IMG/VR virus record: IMGVR_UViG_3300027852_000036
Reading direction: 5' to 3' (one strand)
DNA: 64,000 nt
Source of the DNA: a virus
Positions 1 through 9,987 of this stretch are shown piece by piece. The notes beneath the pieces are model-generated. The model saw nothing but the letters and a program-made list of their open reading frames with translations. It made no database searches and was not told the origin of the DNA. The stretch's first letter is position 1, and every line of letters starts with the position of its first letter. Both the position numbers and the translations under genes were made by a program.

Positions 1-3000
1 CTCCAAAGTGTCTGGAGTGATAAGGTTGCCAGATAAGTCAACGCCTTCGCCCGCTGCGCCAAGTACCTTAGAGTATTGATCCCAAACGGTGCGGAACCCT
101 AATAGTGCTTGCTTAGAGGTTATAGCCCCTGACTCTAGATCCATAGACAAGGTTTGCAGTTCATTCCCAAGCAAGGCAGCTCCCGATATATTGGTAACAT
201 CCAACGCCTGTGATATAGAACGCTCAAGTCCTGCACCCACATCAGTACCTAGTACTGATACTTTGTTTTCTAACGCCTCAGCTTCTGTAAGAATTACAGA
301 GGTAAACTCTTCCGCTAAGGAAGCCCATACACCTGCGTCTTCAAACCCTTCAAACAAACCCTTCTGGAAAGCCAGATTAGCTTGTACACCTGCTGAGTTC
401 ATTACTGAGGGATCAAACATCGAACCTTCAAAACCCAAGTAGGCGAATGCATTAACAGCTGCGGCAGTTTCTTCTACTAACCTAGCTAATGTGTCGCCTA
501 TCTCTTCGCCCGCCCTTCTGAAGTCATCAATAGGACGGAACAGTTGTTCAATCATTGAGTCAGATAAGCTATTAAAGTATCCAGATATACGATCGGCTGC
601 TTCACTACTGCTTAACCCGTCAAGGGATATGCTAGTGTTAAAGTCGCTAGCTAGTACGTTTTGGTCTACGAACCCTGCGTTTCCAACGTTCCCCTCAAAT
701 AAGGTTCCTGACTCGAAACTAGAGATCATATTGTCTACTAGATCCTGCTGGAAAGACTTAGAAGCTTTACCGAAGTGTGCTCCAGGGTCTAAGGCCATGA
801 TAAGATCAAATGTAGTATCTATAGTGTTAATGAATGCAGAAGATAAGTCATCGGATAGCTCTCCAGCAATATTCTGAGTAAACTCGTCTATACTGGCTGA
901 CTTGATGGCTCCTGTAGAAGTCTTACTAATAGTTAACTTAGTGATTACTAGAGCAGTAAGATTGTCAAAACTGTTCTTGATATAATCACTAGCCTTAGTT
1001 ATATTAGCAGGGTTAATCTGACTACCCTGAAGTTCTAAGTTAGGCTGTAATAGTACATCTTCTATTGTTCTTTCTGCACGGCGTTTAGGGCTACCTATAG
1101 CTAGGTCAGGACCAATCTCAGGCAAGTTATCAAACTGAGCGGCAACGCCTCGGTCAGTTAATCCACCGAACGCCTGCTTAGCTGAACTACCTACTGACTT
1201 GAAACTCTTACCAAGCTCTACAATAGAACCTTGCAAGTCGTACATAGATGAGAACAATCTAGTGTCAATCTCTACTAGGTCATTTATACTCTCTACTAGT
1301 GCGTTTGTTTCTAAGTCCATTACATTAGTAATGCCGTTTTCGCCTAGATTAGCTTCGTGGTTAGCTAACTGCTTCTTAACTAAAGCCTGTCCGCCGTCCC
1401 CGCCTGCTGAACTACCGCCAGAACCACCCATTAAGGAGGCCATCATCGCAATAAACCCTGCACCTATCGCCAAGCCGGGAATACCGCCTTCAGATACAAT
1501 TGCGCCGAAGCCAGAAGCTATCTTACCGGGTATGGTCGCTTGGTCTGCTGCCGCTGCCGAAGCTACGGAGGCTATATGAGCAGTTGCTGCCTGTACTTCC
1601 ATAGCTAACCTAGCTATGTGTATGGCTTGCTCTATAGCGTGTGCTGCCTTAGCTGCTGAACTACCTTCCTCAAACATACTTACCATCGCCGAAGCTTGGT
1701 CTCCGAAGCCTTTTAAACGCTGCTTCTGAATGTCTGCGTCAGTAGAGTTTTCATCTTCCTTCAGTTTAGAAAGGACTTTGTTATTCTTAGCAGTTACTTT
1801 AGCGAACTGGTTCGATCCGTCAATCCACTTCTTGAAAGGCCCATCATCTAGCCCCTCTAGTGCACTTCCTATATCCTTGAAAGGTGCATCAATAGTAGCT
1901 AATTCTCCCTTAAACTTTAGCAAGTCCTTAGTAACGCTAGAAGTCTTCTCTAGGTTCTCAAGGGCTGCTCTCTCTAAGGATAACTGGGCTTGAGCTGCGG
2001 CCAAAGCTTCCTGAACTTCAGCAGGTGCGCGGCCTCTTAACAGAGCTATTTTAGCCTCTAAAGCTGCGGTGACCTCTAGAGCTTGGTTTATCTTAGCCTG
2101 CTGCTCTAGCTTCTTAATATCTGCCTCTTCTTCAAAAGTTTTCAGCTGTATCTTAGCCTGCATAGCGGCAGTGTCCTGCTCACGCATTTCAGCCAACATA
2201 ATGAACCTATCAGACTCAACGCCTCTAATAGAGGATCTAAGATCATATTCCTGCTGAAGTTGCTGTAACGCCAACCCTTGGGAAGTCTTAAGAGTATTCA
2301 TACGTTCAGCTTGTTCAATCTCCAAGGTGAATAACTCTAATCTAACTTCTGCATTATCCTGGAGAGCTACTTTTTGCTTAGTAAGAACAGCAATACTACG
2401 CTCATTTGTAGCTATACTCTTATTCTGCAGATCTATGGCGTCTTTAATAGCTTTAGGAGCCGCATCTCGCGACCCTAGGCCATCTATCTTAGCTTGTAAA
2501 GCTGCATTCTTATTCCTAATAGTAGCAATCTTATTCTCTAGAAGCACCCGCTCTCTTCCTAGCTCTAAGGCTTTAGCGGCCACCCTAACTTCAGTATCAC
2601 CAACCTCTCCAGCCTTTCCACTGGCTTTCAAAGTACGTAGCTCTGCTTCATACTTTAGCTGAGATTCATAAGTAGATGCTTGAAGATCTTTATTGGCTAG
2701 TGCGATATTCCTCTGCTTCTCCATTGACCCAGTAAGTCTTTCTAACCCTTCCCTAGTCTTATCGGTTAAGCTTGAGAACTCCCTTAACTGGTCAAGGTTA
2801 TTAGACAGACTATCCAGTCCTTCGGTAGGCGTCTTCGCCAGCTCCAACAACCTTTTGGCTTCGGTAACACTTAAACCAATAGTTCGTAGAGTTTTCTCAC
2901 CTATCTTGGCAATATCACCCTGTACGTTACGTAAGGCTTCCGAACTAATAATATCCGAAGGTAAAGTAACTACAGCGTTGGTGACTATCGTATCTATCTC

Positions 3001-5298
3001 TTTCCTAGTTCGATCTATCGCAGCGTTTAAATCCCTAGTTACACGGTATCGCTGCTGACTAGTAATGCCCGCGTCGGCACCCCCGGCTGCTTCGCCTCGT
3101 CCACGGCTCCTAGTACCTTCAATAGCTTTCAAAGCCTTCTGCGAACTGAGTATGGTCGCTTGTAGTTTTTCTACCCTACCGGCATTAGCAGTAACTTCTA
3201 AGGAGAACTCACCGGTGTTAATTAACTCTTCTAACCCTTCCAGTTCTGTCTTAAACTCTACTAGCGAGGAAGAGTTAAAGGCCGATGATACTTTATCTAG
3301 CTGAGTATTACCTTCGAAAGACTTTAAGTACTTAGTGGTTTCTCTTTCTAAGTCTTCAATAGCCTTAGCGTACCCTTCAGTCTTTCCTTGAGCAGTTTGA
3401 GCAACAACAGCCTGAGCCTCAATTGCGGCCTGAGCTTCTTTAAGTATCGCAGGAATTTTAGCGAAGTCTTTGGGATCTACGTTTAATAGGTCCTCTAGTC
3501 GCTTTTGTAGCTTGGTCTGTTTTAGTGCTTTAGCTCCGTCCAAGATCTCCTTCTTAACATCTTGAAACTTCTCTAAAGTATATTGCAGGTTACGTTCTGG
3601 TACCTTTTCGAAAGCGTCTATGGTCGCCGTTAAGCCGCTACCAAGGTTTACTAAGTTATTAGCCAGTAATTTGGTGAGCCTTGTTGGTTCTATAAATGCT
3701 TCAGTTGCTGCGGTACTTAACTCTTTAAACCCTTCTAAAGGTTTCCTCAATTCCTCTGAGTAGCCTTTAGTGGCCTTAGTTAGATCTTCTATACCTTTTG
3801 GGTTATATAACCCAGTGGCAGCACCTATTCTGTCAAAGACACTTACGAGCGGCTCTAGTATACCTAGTGCGCTTGCTAATTTCTCTAAAGGTTTTGCGAA
3901 TAACTGGAAAGCTATCGTGGCCATAGATATCCACCCCGCCAGTTTAAATACTAGTCCACCGAGAGCTCTGATACCGCCCGCAGCCTTACCGAAAAGCTGC
4001 ATAGAGGCAGAGGCTGCAACTAATAGAGGACTCATGGTACGTAGTTGACTATTTACCCCGGCCATTACTGCCTGAGCTTCTATACCTCCTACCATACCTG
4101 CTGAGAAAGCTACCTGCATAGAGGTTCCAGCTAACCTTGCGCCACTAGCTACAGCACTTAATGAGGTATTGAAAGAGGTCATCGTTCCAGTAAGGGCCCT
4201 AGTAGAGAGGGATGACCTTATAGTGGCCTTCTCGAACTGAGCTAGGTTTGCTGTATGTTTTTCTACTATCTTTGTAGATAAGGAGTTATGCCAATCAGAA
4301 AGGGCTGGTATTGCCTGTTTTACTAGTCCTCTAACCAATAAGAACATACCTGCTTTAAGTGCTCCTGCACTTTCGGTAAACACACCTATAACACCAGTAG
4401 CGTCGATAAATCCTGTAACCATAGAGAGTACACTGTCTTTCAAGTCTACCATCTGTGAAGCTACTTTACTATAGGGATTGTTTGCTGCTTCTTTACCTAT
4501 CCGCTCGAATACTTCTAAACCTTGACGCATAGCTTCATTAGAGAACGCTTGACGTCTCTGTAACTCAGATAACTCAGACTGTGCTAAGTTATTCGCGTCA
4601 GCATACTTACGAGTAGCTTGTTCAATCTTAACGAAGATACCCAATTCATCAAGTATTTCAGGTTCCATCTTAGCGATACCCTTGGTGAGACGTTCTACGG
4701 AATCCGTAATATCCCTACCGAAAGCTTTAGAAGCTCCAAGAGCTACCTTTGCTAAGTCTTTTGTGAATTTAGTATCAAACCCTGCTGCAGCAGCCTGAGA
4801 AGCGAGCTTCATAGCAGTTGCTAGGGTGATTGTGTTATTGGTGCCTTCCTTCAGTGCTGCGGACATAGAGGTAAGTGATCTACCTGTCTGGGCTGCAAGA
4901 GACTCCTGTGCTTTAATTACGCCTTTTAAATCAGCAGACTGCTTCAACTGATCGAAGGCAGCGCCTACAGCCCATATATTAGCGGCTACTGTTGCGTATA
5001 CGTGTACTAAACCGCCCAACCCTTGAGACTGTTTAGCGAAATCCTTGGCACCCCTGCTAGAGGTGTTGCTGAAAGACTTGGCGGCCCGATCGGCTTCGCT
5101 GATCGACGTAGTGTAAGACTTAACACCTTCTGTAGTCTTTCCAAGAGCCTTACCAGCTCCTTGAGTAAATTTAGTAGGGTTTATTGGTTTCTCTAATTTA
5201 TCTAGAGACGCGCTTAATTTGCTAATTCCATCAGTTACCTTCTTCAGACCTTTGTCTGTTATCTCGATAACTACCTTTCTTTTCTCGTCTTTAGCCAT
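1..5298 (-). CDS. Tail tape measure protein (T5 pb2-like), runs off the left edge of the window
   Basis: Missing from the ORF track because it has no stop in the window. ATG at 5298 reads MAKDEKRKVVIEITDKGL...SRGAKDFAKQSQGLGGLVHVYATVAANIWAVGAAF...EILDELGI, which is T5 pb2-like. It lies directly after the tail chaperones. The frame was only spot-checked for stops (up to 1766 codons). Confidence 0.85.
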   Translation of the reverse strand, partial: MAKDEKRKVVIEITDKGLKKVTDGISKLSASLDKLEKPINPTKFTQGAGKALGKTTEGVKSYTTSISEADRAAKSFSNTSSRGAKDFAKQSQGLGGLVHVYATVAANIWAVGAAFDQLKQSADLKGVIKAQESLAAQTGRSLTSMSAALKEGTNNTITLATAMKLASQAAAAGFDTKFTKDLAKVALGASKAFGRDITDSVERLTKGIAKMEPEILDELGIFVKIEQATRKYADANNLAQSELSELQRRQAFSNEAMRQGLEVFERIGKEAANNPYSKVASQMVDLKDSVLSMVTGFIDATGVIGVFTESAGALKAGMFLLVRGLVKQAIPALSDWHNSLSTKIVEKHTANLAQFEKATIRSSLSTRALTGTMTSFNTSLSAVASGARLAGTSMQVAFSAGMVGGIEAQAVMAGVNSQLRTMSPLLVAASASMQLFGKAAGGIRALGGLVFKLAGWISMATIAFQLFAKPLEKLASALGILEPLVSVFDRIGAATGLYNPKGIEDLTKATKGYSEELRKPLEGFKELSTAATEAFIEPTRLTKLLANNLVNLGSGLTATIDAFEKVPERNLQYTLEKFQDVKKEILDGAKALKQTKLQKRLEDLLNVDPKDFAKIPAILKEAQAAIEAQAVVAQTAQGKTEGYAKAIEDLERETTKYLKSFEGNTQLDKVSSAFNSSSLVEFKTELEGLEELINTGEFSLEVTANAGRVEKLQATILSSQKALKAIEGTRSRGRGEAAGGADAGITSQQRYRVTRDLNAAIDRTRKEIDTIVTNAVVTLPSDIISSEALRNVQGDIAKIGEKTLRTIGLSVTEAKRLLELAKTPTEGLDSLSNNLDQLREFSSLTDKTREGLERLTGSMEKQRNIALANKDLQASTYESQLKYEAELRTLKASGKAGEVGDTEVRVAAKALELGRERVLLENKIATIRNKNAALQAKIDGLGSRDAAPKAIKDAIDLQNKSIATNERSIAVLTKQKVALQDNAEVRLELFTLEIEQAERMNTLKTSQGLALQQLQQEYDLRSSIRGVESDRFIMLAEMREQDTAAMQAKIQLKTFEEEADIKKLEQQAKINQALEVTAALEAKIALLRGRAPAEVQEALAAAQAQLSLERAALENLEKTSSVTKDLLKFKGELATIDAPFKDIGSALEGLDDGPFKKWIDGSNQFAKVTAKNNKVLSKLKEDENSTDADIQKQRLKGFGDQASAMVSMFEEGSSAAKAAHAIEQAIHIARLAMEVQAATAHIASVASAAAADQATIPGKIASGFGAIVSEGGIPGLAIGAGFIAMMASLMGGSGGSSAGGDGGQALVKKQLANHEANLGENGITNVMDLETNALVESINDLVEIDTRLFSSMYDLQGSIVELGKSFKSVGSSAKQAFGGLTDRGVAAQFDNLPEIGPDLAIGSPKRRAERTIEDVLLQPNLELQGSQINPANITKASDYIKNSFDNLTALVITKLTISKTSTGAIKSASIDEFTQNIAGELSDDLSSAFINTIDTTFDLIMALDPGAHFGKASKSFQQDLVDNMISSFESGTLFEGNVGNAGFVDQNVLASDFNTSISLDGLSSSEAADRISGYFNSLSDSMIEQLFRPIDDFRRAGEEIGDTLARLVEETAAAVNAFAYLGFEGSMFDPSVMNSAGVQANLAFQKGLFEGFEDAGVWASLAEEFTSVILTEAEALENKVSVLGTDVGAGLERSISQALDVTNISGAALLGNELQTLSMDLESGAITSKQALLGFRTVWDQYSKVLGAAGEGVDLSGNLITPDTLE

Positions 5299-5320
5299 AT
5301 TATTTCCTTAGCTTAGATAC

Positions 5321-5356
5321 AAAGAAGGCAGAGCTACGTTACATAACTCTGCCCTT
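5321..5356 (-). terminator. Intrinsic terminator after the tail chaperones
   Basis: Minus strand GGCAGAGT-loop-GCTCTGCC followed by TTCTTT. Confidence 0.55.
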
Positions 5357-5364
5357 AACGCGTG

Positions 5365-5679
5365 CTATTTCTTCTTCTTCTTAGTCTTCTTCTTCTTAGC
5401 ATTTAAGTTTGTTATTTTTATATTTTCCAGCTCTTTAATCGCACGTAGAGCCAGCATTCGGTCTTTAATCTCGAATATGTCGAATATAGTGTTTAGGCAG
5501 GATAAGTCCTTACCTAGGTAATTGCCTCCCATAGCGTCCCAGTTATCTGGTAAGTATGAGAAGGCTGCTACATAGTTTTGAAAACAGATTGGTAGGTCCG
5601 ATATCTCTATCGGTACCTCATCCTCGTTAGGTTCTTTGCCAAGCTGGTGCATTAACTCGTAGTACCTATCCTTAGTCAT
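5365..5679 (-). CDS. Tail assembly chaperone, downstream (T-like) ORF; probably also the C-terminal half of a -1 frameshift product
   Basis: Lies between chaperone and tape measure genes; its frame stays open upstream to 5769, overlapping the end of the preceding ORF. Confidence 0.7.
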   Translation of the reverse strand: MTKDRYYELMHQLGKEPNEDEVPIEISDLPICFQNYVAAFSYLPDNWDAMGGNYLGKDLSCLNTIFDIFEIKDRMLALRAIKELENIKITNLNAKKKKTKKKKK

Positions 5680-5729
5680 TCCTACTTCTTGATTACTGTA
5701 GTAACGGGTTAGGTCTTCGAATGCTCCCT

Positions 5730-6137
5730 CTACTTGGCCTTCGTAAAATTCTGTAAGTCGCCAACTATCTCAGCGACCCACGTATCGAACTCACCTGAGT
5801 CCTTCAATAATACCCGGGCATTCTCTACGGAATACTCCAGTTCTGCTTCTTCATCTACTGAGCTGATATCGATAGGTAGTAGATTAACTAAGTACTTGTA
5901 CTTTAAGCCTGACCATCCTTTAACTACAGAGTCGATATACAGTTTAGTAAACAGCTCTGAGTCAATCTCTTCAACGGGCTGTCTGCTCTTCTTATCAATT
6001 CTGGTTATGGTCGCTTTGGTTCGTAGATTTCCCAGTACTTTCTTACCTAGAAATGCTAGGTTAATACTGAAGCCTTCACAGCCAGGGTAGTCTACAGTTA
6101 CAAGTTTTTCTTCAACTAAGAGGTCTTTAAGATTCAT
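5730..6137 (-). CDS. Tail assembly chaperone (G-like)
   Basis: 135 aa, directly after the tail tube gene; YPGCEGFSINL and VKGWSGLKYKYL resemble T5-type chaperones. Confidence 0.75.
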   Translation of the reverse strand: MNLKDLLVEEKLVTVDYPGCEGFSINLAFLGKKVLGNLRTKATITRIDKKSRQPVEEIDSELFTKLYIDSVVKGWSGLKYKYLVNLLPIDISSVDEEAELEYSVENARVLLKDSGEFDTWVAEIVGDLQNFTKAK

Positions 6138-6180
6138 ATTTGTCCTTGAGGGTCAAGGGGCCGTTAAGCCCCTTTGCTGT

Positions 6181-7611
6181 TTAAACTGCGTAGTAACTAA
6201 CAGTCATTTCATCGGTAGTAGTAAGTCCTGTTCCCAGAGCAGTAGCTTCAATGCTTACTGAGATAACGTCTTCAGACTCAATTTGTGGTATTACAATGTG
6301 TGCTCTAGGCATTTCAAAAGATACGAAAGGAGCAACCGCGCCACCCATATTCAACTGAATTACGAAAGAGTTAGTCACGTCAGGATCAGCACTATTAACG
6401 TCGGCCAACATATCAGACAGTAAAGTCATTGACTTGTTAGTGTCAGTGTCCAAGTAGCAAGCAAAGCTACAAGTAATAGAGCGAGTACCTGTAAAGTGTC
6501 CGATCGGCTTGTTCACTTCACCCAACTCTTCAGGAGTAAGGAAAGTAGTTCCGTTATCGATACTTACTGTAGCACTAGTAAGTCCTAAATTATATGTACC
6601 AGAAGCAGGGCCGCCAGTCATAGTAATAGTACTTAACTTGTTCTTCAGGAAGGAAGCGGTACTAGGTACAGCTAAGTAGTCCGTGCCAGCTACTGAAGGA
6701 GTAGTTGCAGGAGTTACGATATCGTAGAATGAAGCCTGACCAGTCCAAGCGATCATGCCAATACCATCAATACTAAGATCGATTTCAGCAGCATTTACAA
6801 TTGCTTCGGTCATTCGGTACTGAGCACTACCTGTATCAATATATAAGTAGTACTTAGGAAGTTCGTGTACGTTTGAGTTAGCGAAGTCTACGTTCATAGC
6901 ACCTGGAGTAGCCTGAGCGCCTCCGTTAGTGATAGCATCCCACATAACCTTCTCTGCACAAGTATGGTTAGTAGCAGAAGCTGAACCGTCTGCAGCAGCT
7001 GAGATTGTAACAGTACCAACACCAGTCATCTGAGCAACGTCGAACAAGTCGTCATCGCCGCCAACAGTAGCTGTAATAGCGATAGTAGACGTAGCACCGG
7101 CAGTGTCGCTTACAAAGCGTAGGTTACCAGCGTGAAAGTCTACAGAAGCACCCTGTGAGCCGCCAACTAAGGCATCATTCAGCAAAGTAATCAGAGCAGC
7201 AATAGTAGTAGTTCCAGCACCAGTAGAGATTACTAGAGGAGTAACCCCACCACCGTCTACGTTGATAGAGAAGTCGTAGTCAGTAGAAGCAGTAAGTCCA
7301 GTATCTGTACCGTATGTTACAGTATTGCCAAACGTAATGTCTTGAGTACCAGGAGTAGTTGCAGCAGCTTCCTGATAAGGACGAACGTAAGTAGAGAAGC
7401 TGAAATCTACGGGATCAAGAGCGGTATTAAATACCTTCTGACCACGATTAGGAGCAGCGCCCGCTTCGTTCAAAGTAATTTCTTGAGTGGATGTGCTTTG
7501 GGAGAAAGAAAAACCATCTAATACTTTCAATTCCCAAGTGTTTGCGGTAGTCCAGCCTACACTAACTGTAGAAAGGTATACCTTCGCGTCACGTGATAGA
7601 GTTAAAGCCAT
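6181..7611 (-). CDS. Major tail tube protein (T5 pb6-like) with an internal inserted domain
   Basis: Motifs EITLNEAG...RGQKVFN...FSFSTYVRPY, LKNKL, NNxTFLTPE, PIGHFTG, IPQIESEDV match pb6; synteny agrees. Confidence 0.9.
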   Translation of the reverse strand: MALTLSRDAKVYLSTVSVGWTTANTWELKVLDGFSFSQSTSTQEITLNEAGAAPNRGQKVFNTALDPVDFSFSTYVRPYQEAAATTPGTQDITFGNTVTYGTDTGLTASTDYDFSINVDGGGVTPLVISTGAGTTTIAALITLLNDALVGGSQGASVDFHAGNLRFVSDTAGATSTIAITATVGGDDDLFDVAQMTGVGTVTISAAADGSASATNHTCAEKVMWDAITNGGAQATPGAMNVDFANSNVHELPKYYLYIDTGSAQYRMTEAIVNAAEIDLSIDGIGMIAWTGQASFYDIVTPATTPSVAGTDYLAVPSTASFLKNKLSTITMTGGPASGTYNLGLTSATVSIDNGTTFLTPEELGEVNKPIGHFTGTRSITCSFACYLDTDTNKSMTLLSDMLADVNSADPDVTNSFVIQLNMGGAVAPFVSFEMPRAHIVIPQIESEDVISVSIEATALGTGLTTTDEMTVSYYAV

Positions 7612-7628
7612 TTATAAATCCTCGATAA

Positions 7629-8078
7629 TTATAATACTTGATATTGAACCTCTAAGGATAACTCAGCCACACCCAAAGGGTCTAGTAGGCCTTCATCCGT
7701 TACGATCGAGGTAATCTGTAAATCCTGAGTTGTGGACTCAGTACCATTTGCGGAAGTATAAGGAATCTCCCTGTTTGCATCCAGCAATCTTTCAATATCT
7801 TCTAGGAGGGACTCCAAGGCAGCAGCCGGGTCTTCTCCATCAGATACATATATTCGCATAGTTATGTTAAGGAAGCCCCATTTAAATGCTGCAGGCAGAT
7901 ATTCTCTAGTTTCACTACCGGGTACGACCGATATGTATGGGAACTCTAATATTTCATCCCAAAACTTCAGCTTGCTCTCAGCCCCACACTGTATATCGTT
8001 AGTATAAGGGTCAAGACCGATTAAGTCGTCGTTTAAGATACTTACTAGGGAATTGGTTATTGATGATCTTACACTCAT
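7629..8078 (-). CDS. Tail terminator protein (T5 p142-like)
   Basis: KFWDEILEFPYISVVPGSETREY and SIVTDEGLLDPLG motifs; immediately upstream of the tail tube gene. Confidence 0.8.
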   Translation of the reverse strand: MSVRSSITNSLVSILNDDLIGLDPYTNDIQCGAESKLKFWDEILEFPYISVVPGSETREYLPAAFKWGFLNITMRIYVSDGEDPAAALESLLEDIERLLDANREIPYTSANGTESTTQDLQITSIVTDEGLLDPLGVAELSLEVQYQVL

Positions 8079-9346
8079 TCTCTAATACTCCTAAACTTCT
8101 GCCTGGTTAGCTCCATAGCTACATCGCGTATGGATTTGTCCATTAGTGGTACGGGATTGTACCCTAAATGCCCTAAAGCCCCATGAGGCTCGAAAGTCTC
8201 GTATGGTCGCTTCATATAGTTATAGTAAATATTAAGTGCCGCATCCCGACCTTCCGTAATCCGGGTAACTTGAACACTCTCCGCGAACCGTCCCGTCCTG
8301 TATATCAGATTTGGGCGACCCATGTTTTCTTCTACCGCCTTAGCGAGCTTGGCGTTTATAAGTTCTTTAAGACCTAGAGCAGTAGTTCCAGTTCTACTCT
8401 TGGGCTTTTGATTAGTTAGGCGTTTCTGTTTCGCCTTGGAAACCTTTGCTCTCTTTTTCTTTGTCTTATCAGCAGGCTTACCAAATAAGCTGCCAGAGTC
8501 TGAGACCTTACCTTTGTAGGAATACTTGTTACCCCACAGAGAGGACTTAATATCTTCAGTTATCTGATCGTTAATAGTCTTGCTTCCGGCGTATATATCT
8601 AGTATCCCGCCCATCAACTCTTTTACGGCCTTGTCTTCCGCTGCAAGAACCGCTTCCCTGAACTCCCCACTCTGAGGAATTATGTAAGAAAAGCCAAGTT
8701 CTCCAGAAAGACGACCAGCTTGAGTAGTTGCCTTAAAGCTAGCAGCATATTCCGAGGAGGCCAATTCTGCCGCGTTTAAACTATTTATGGTATTAGTTAC
8801 AGTATTAAGTAACTTCCGGGCTTCAGGCTTATTAGCTAACCTTTTCTGCAGGTTAACCAGATGCGCTGTAGAGGTGTGTTGCTTAGAAGATCTACCTACC
8901 TGACCCAAGTCATACCCTTTTGTGGGCCCGCGTAACTGTAGTTCTGATATATTTAACTCCCTAGACACATAGGCGTTAGACCTATCTAAGATATTTGTTA
9001 GGGTTCGTAAATCTTTTACTACCAGTATAATGTCTAAAGAGCCGGAGGAGCTATATAGTATAGGCTTCTTATACCCATTCTCTACTAACTTAGTTAACTG
9101 CCCCTTAGTGCCGACAGTAGTAGTCAAAGAGCTAAGATACTTCTTGTAAGACTCTGCTACTAAAGGAGCAAGGTCTCTATTCTCTTTATTTAACAGCTGA
9201 CTGCGTATGGTCGCTTCGGATAATTGGAATACGATGTACTCACTATCAGAGTCTTTACGAGTTTTCGCCAGTGATTTATACGCACTAGAGATGCGTTTCT
9301 TTAGTGTGCGCTCTAGTGCTTCTTCTAGCGTGATTCTCTTGGCCAT
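8075..9346 (-). CDS. Tail completion protein (T5 p143-like), N-terminally extended
   Basis: C-terminal MGRPNLIYRTGRFAESVQV...YMKRPYETFE...PLMDKSIRDVA; synteny. Confidence 0.7.
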   Translation of the reverse strand: MAKRITLEEALERTLKKRISSAYKSLAKTRKDSDSEYIVFQLSEATIRSQLLNKENRDLAPLVAESYKKYLSSLTTTVGTKGQLTKLVENGYKKPILYSSSGSLDIILVVKDLRTLTNILDRSNAYVSRELNISELQLRGPTKGYDLGQVGRSSKQHTSTAHLVNLQKRLANKPEARKLLNTVTNTINSLNAAELASSEYAASFKATTQAGRLSGELGFSYIIPQSGEFREAVLAAEDKAVKELMGGILDIYAGSKTINDQITEDIKSSLWGNKYSYKGKVSDSGSLFGKPADKTKKKRAKVSKAKQKRLTNQKPKSRTGTTALGLKELINAKLAKAVEENMGRPNLIYRTGRFAESVQVTRITEGRDAALNIYYNYMKRPYETFEPHGALGHLGYNPVPLMDKSIRDVAMELTRQKFRSIRE

Positions 9347-9894
9347 TACCGTACTCTATATAGGTCTAGTACACGCTTAATGTGTGGAGGCAGGTGACTG
9401 TCTTCAATCTCGACTGCTTCTGCATTAATATTAGTACTAGATATTTTATTCTGGGACTCACGCTTATGGTAGTAAGTAACTAAGTCGATAGCTGCTAACT
9501 TCATAGCGTTGGGAGTAGAAGTAAAACCACCAGAATACTCAATCACGAACGGTTTGTGTATGGTCGCTAGAGGTATTGATGTGTGGTCTAGTAACTCTAT
9601 TGAACCCTCCTCATTATATACCACGTAGAAGTTGGATGCTATTTCTTGCAGCACCATCTCGGTATCATAGTAGGAAAGTGTAGTTACTGTACTTATGGGT
9701 AGGTTTCTAACAAACAGCATTTCTTCACTAGAAGCGAGCTGTTCGGTGAAAGTAGAAGAAGTGAATACTCGGCCGCAGTAAGTTTCGATAAAACTGTCCA
9801 CTAACTCAATTGTTAGGGTCAGCTTTGCGTCTGCCTTATTATTGCTTATGCCAGAGAATGTTTTATAATCTTGTAAACTTATTAGGGTAGCCAT
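9346..9894 (-). CDS. Head-tail connector / head completion protein (T5 p144-like)
   Basis: LISLQDYKTFSGI...IETYCGR...YSGGF...MKLAAIDLVTYYHK...LPPHIKRVLDLYR. Confidence 0.85.
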   Translation of the reverse strand: MATLISLQDYKTFSGISNNKADAKLTLTIELVDSFIETYCGRVFTSSTFTEQLASSEEMLFVRNLPISTVTTLSYYDTEMVLQEIASNFYVVYNEEGSIELLDHTSIPLATIHKPFVIEYSGGFTSTPNAMKLAAIDLVTYYHKRESQNKISSTNINAEAVEIEDSHLPPHIKRVLDLYRVR

Positions 9895-9934
9895 TAGTTT
9901 CCTTTTTTAATTACCACTCGGTTGTGTAGGAATT

Positions 9935-9963
9935 AAAAAAGAAACCCGAAAGCTCGGGTTTCT
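9935..9963 (-). terminator. Intrinsic terminator after the capsid gene
   Basis: Minus strand GAAACCCGAG-CTT-TCGGGTTTC followed by TTTTTT. Confidence 0.8.
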
Positions 9964-9987
9964 CTCTATTGAACGTTAGACTAAGAC

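Noticed and set aside
1809-1818. tRNA T-loop-like GGTTCGATCC
   Set aside because: It lies inside the tape measure gene with no cloverleaf; I found no tRNA by eye anywhere in the window, though tRNAscan would be needed to exclude them.
89-4048. Plus-strand ORFs listed in the track
   Set aside because: They are antisense shadows of the tape measure gene, with Ser/Leu-rich non-protein-like composition and no RBSs.
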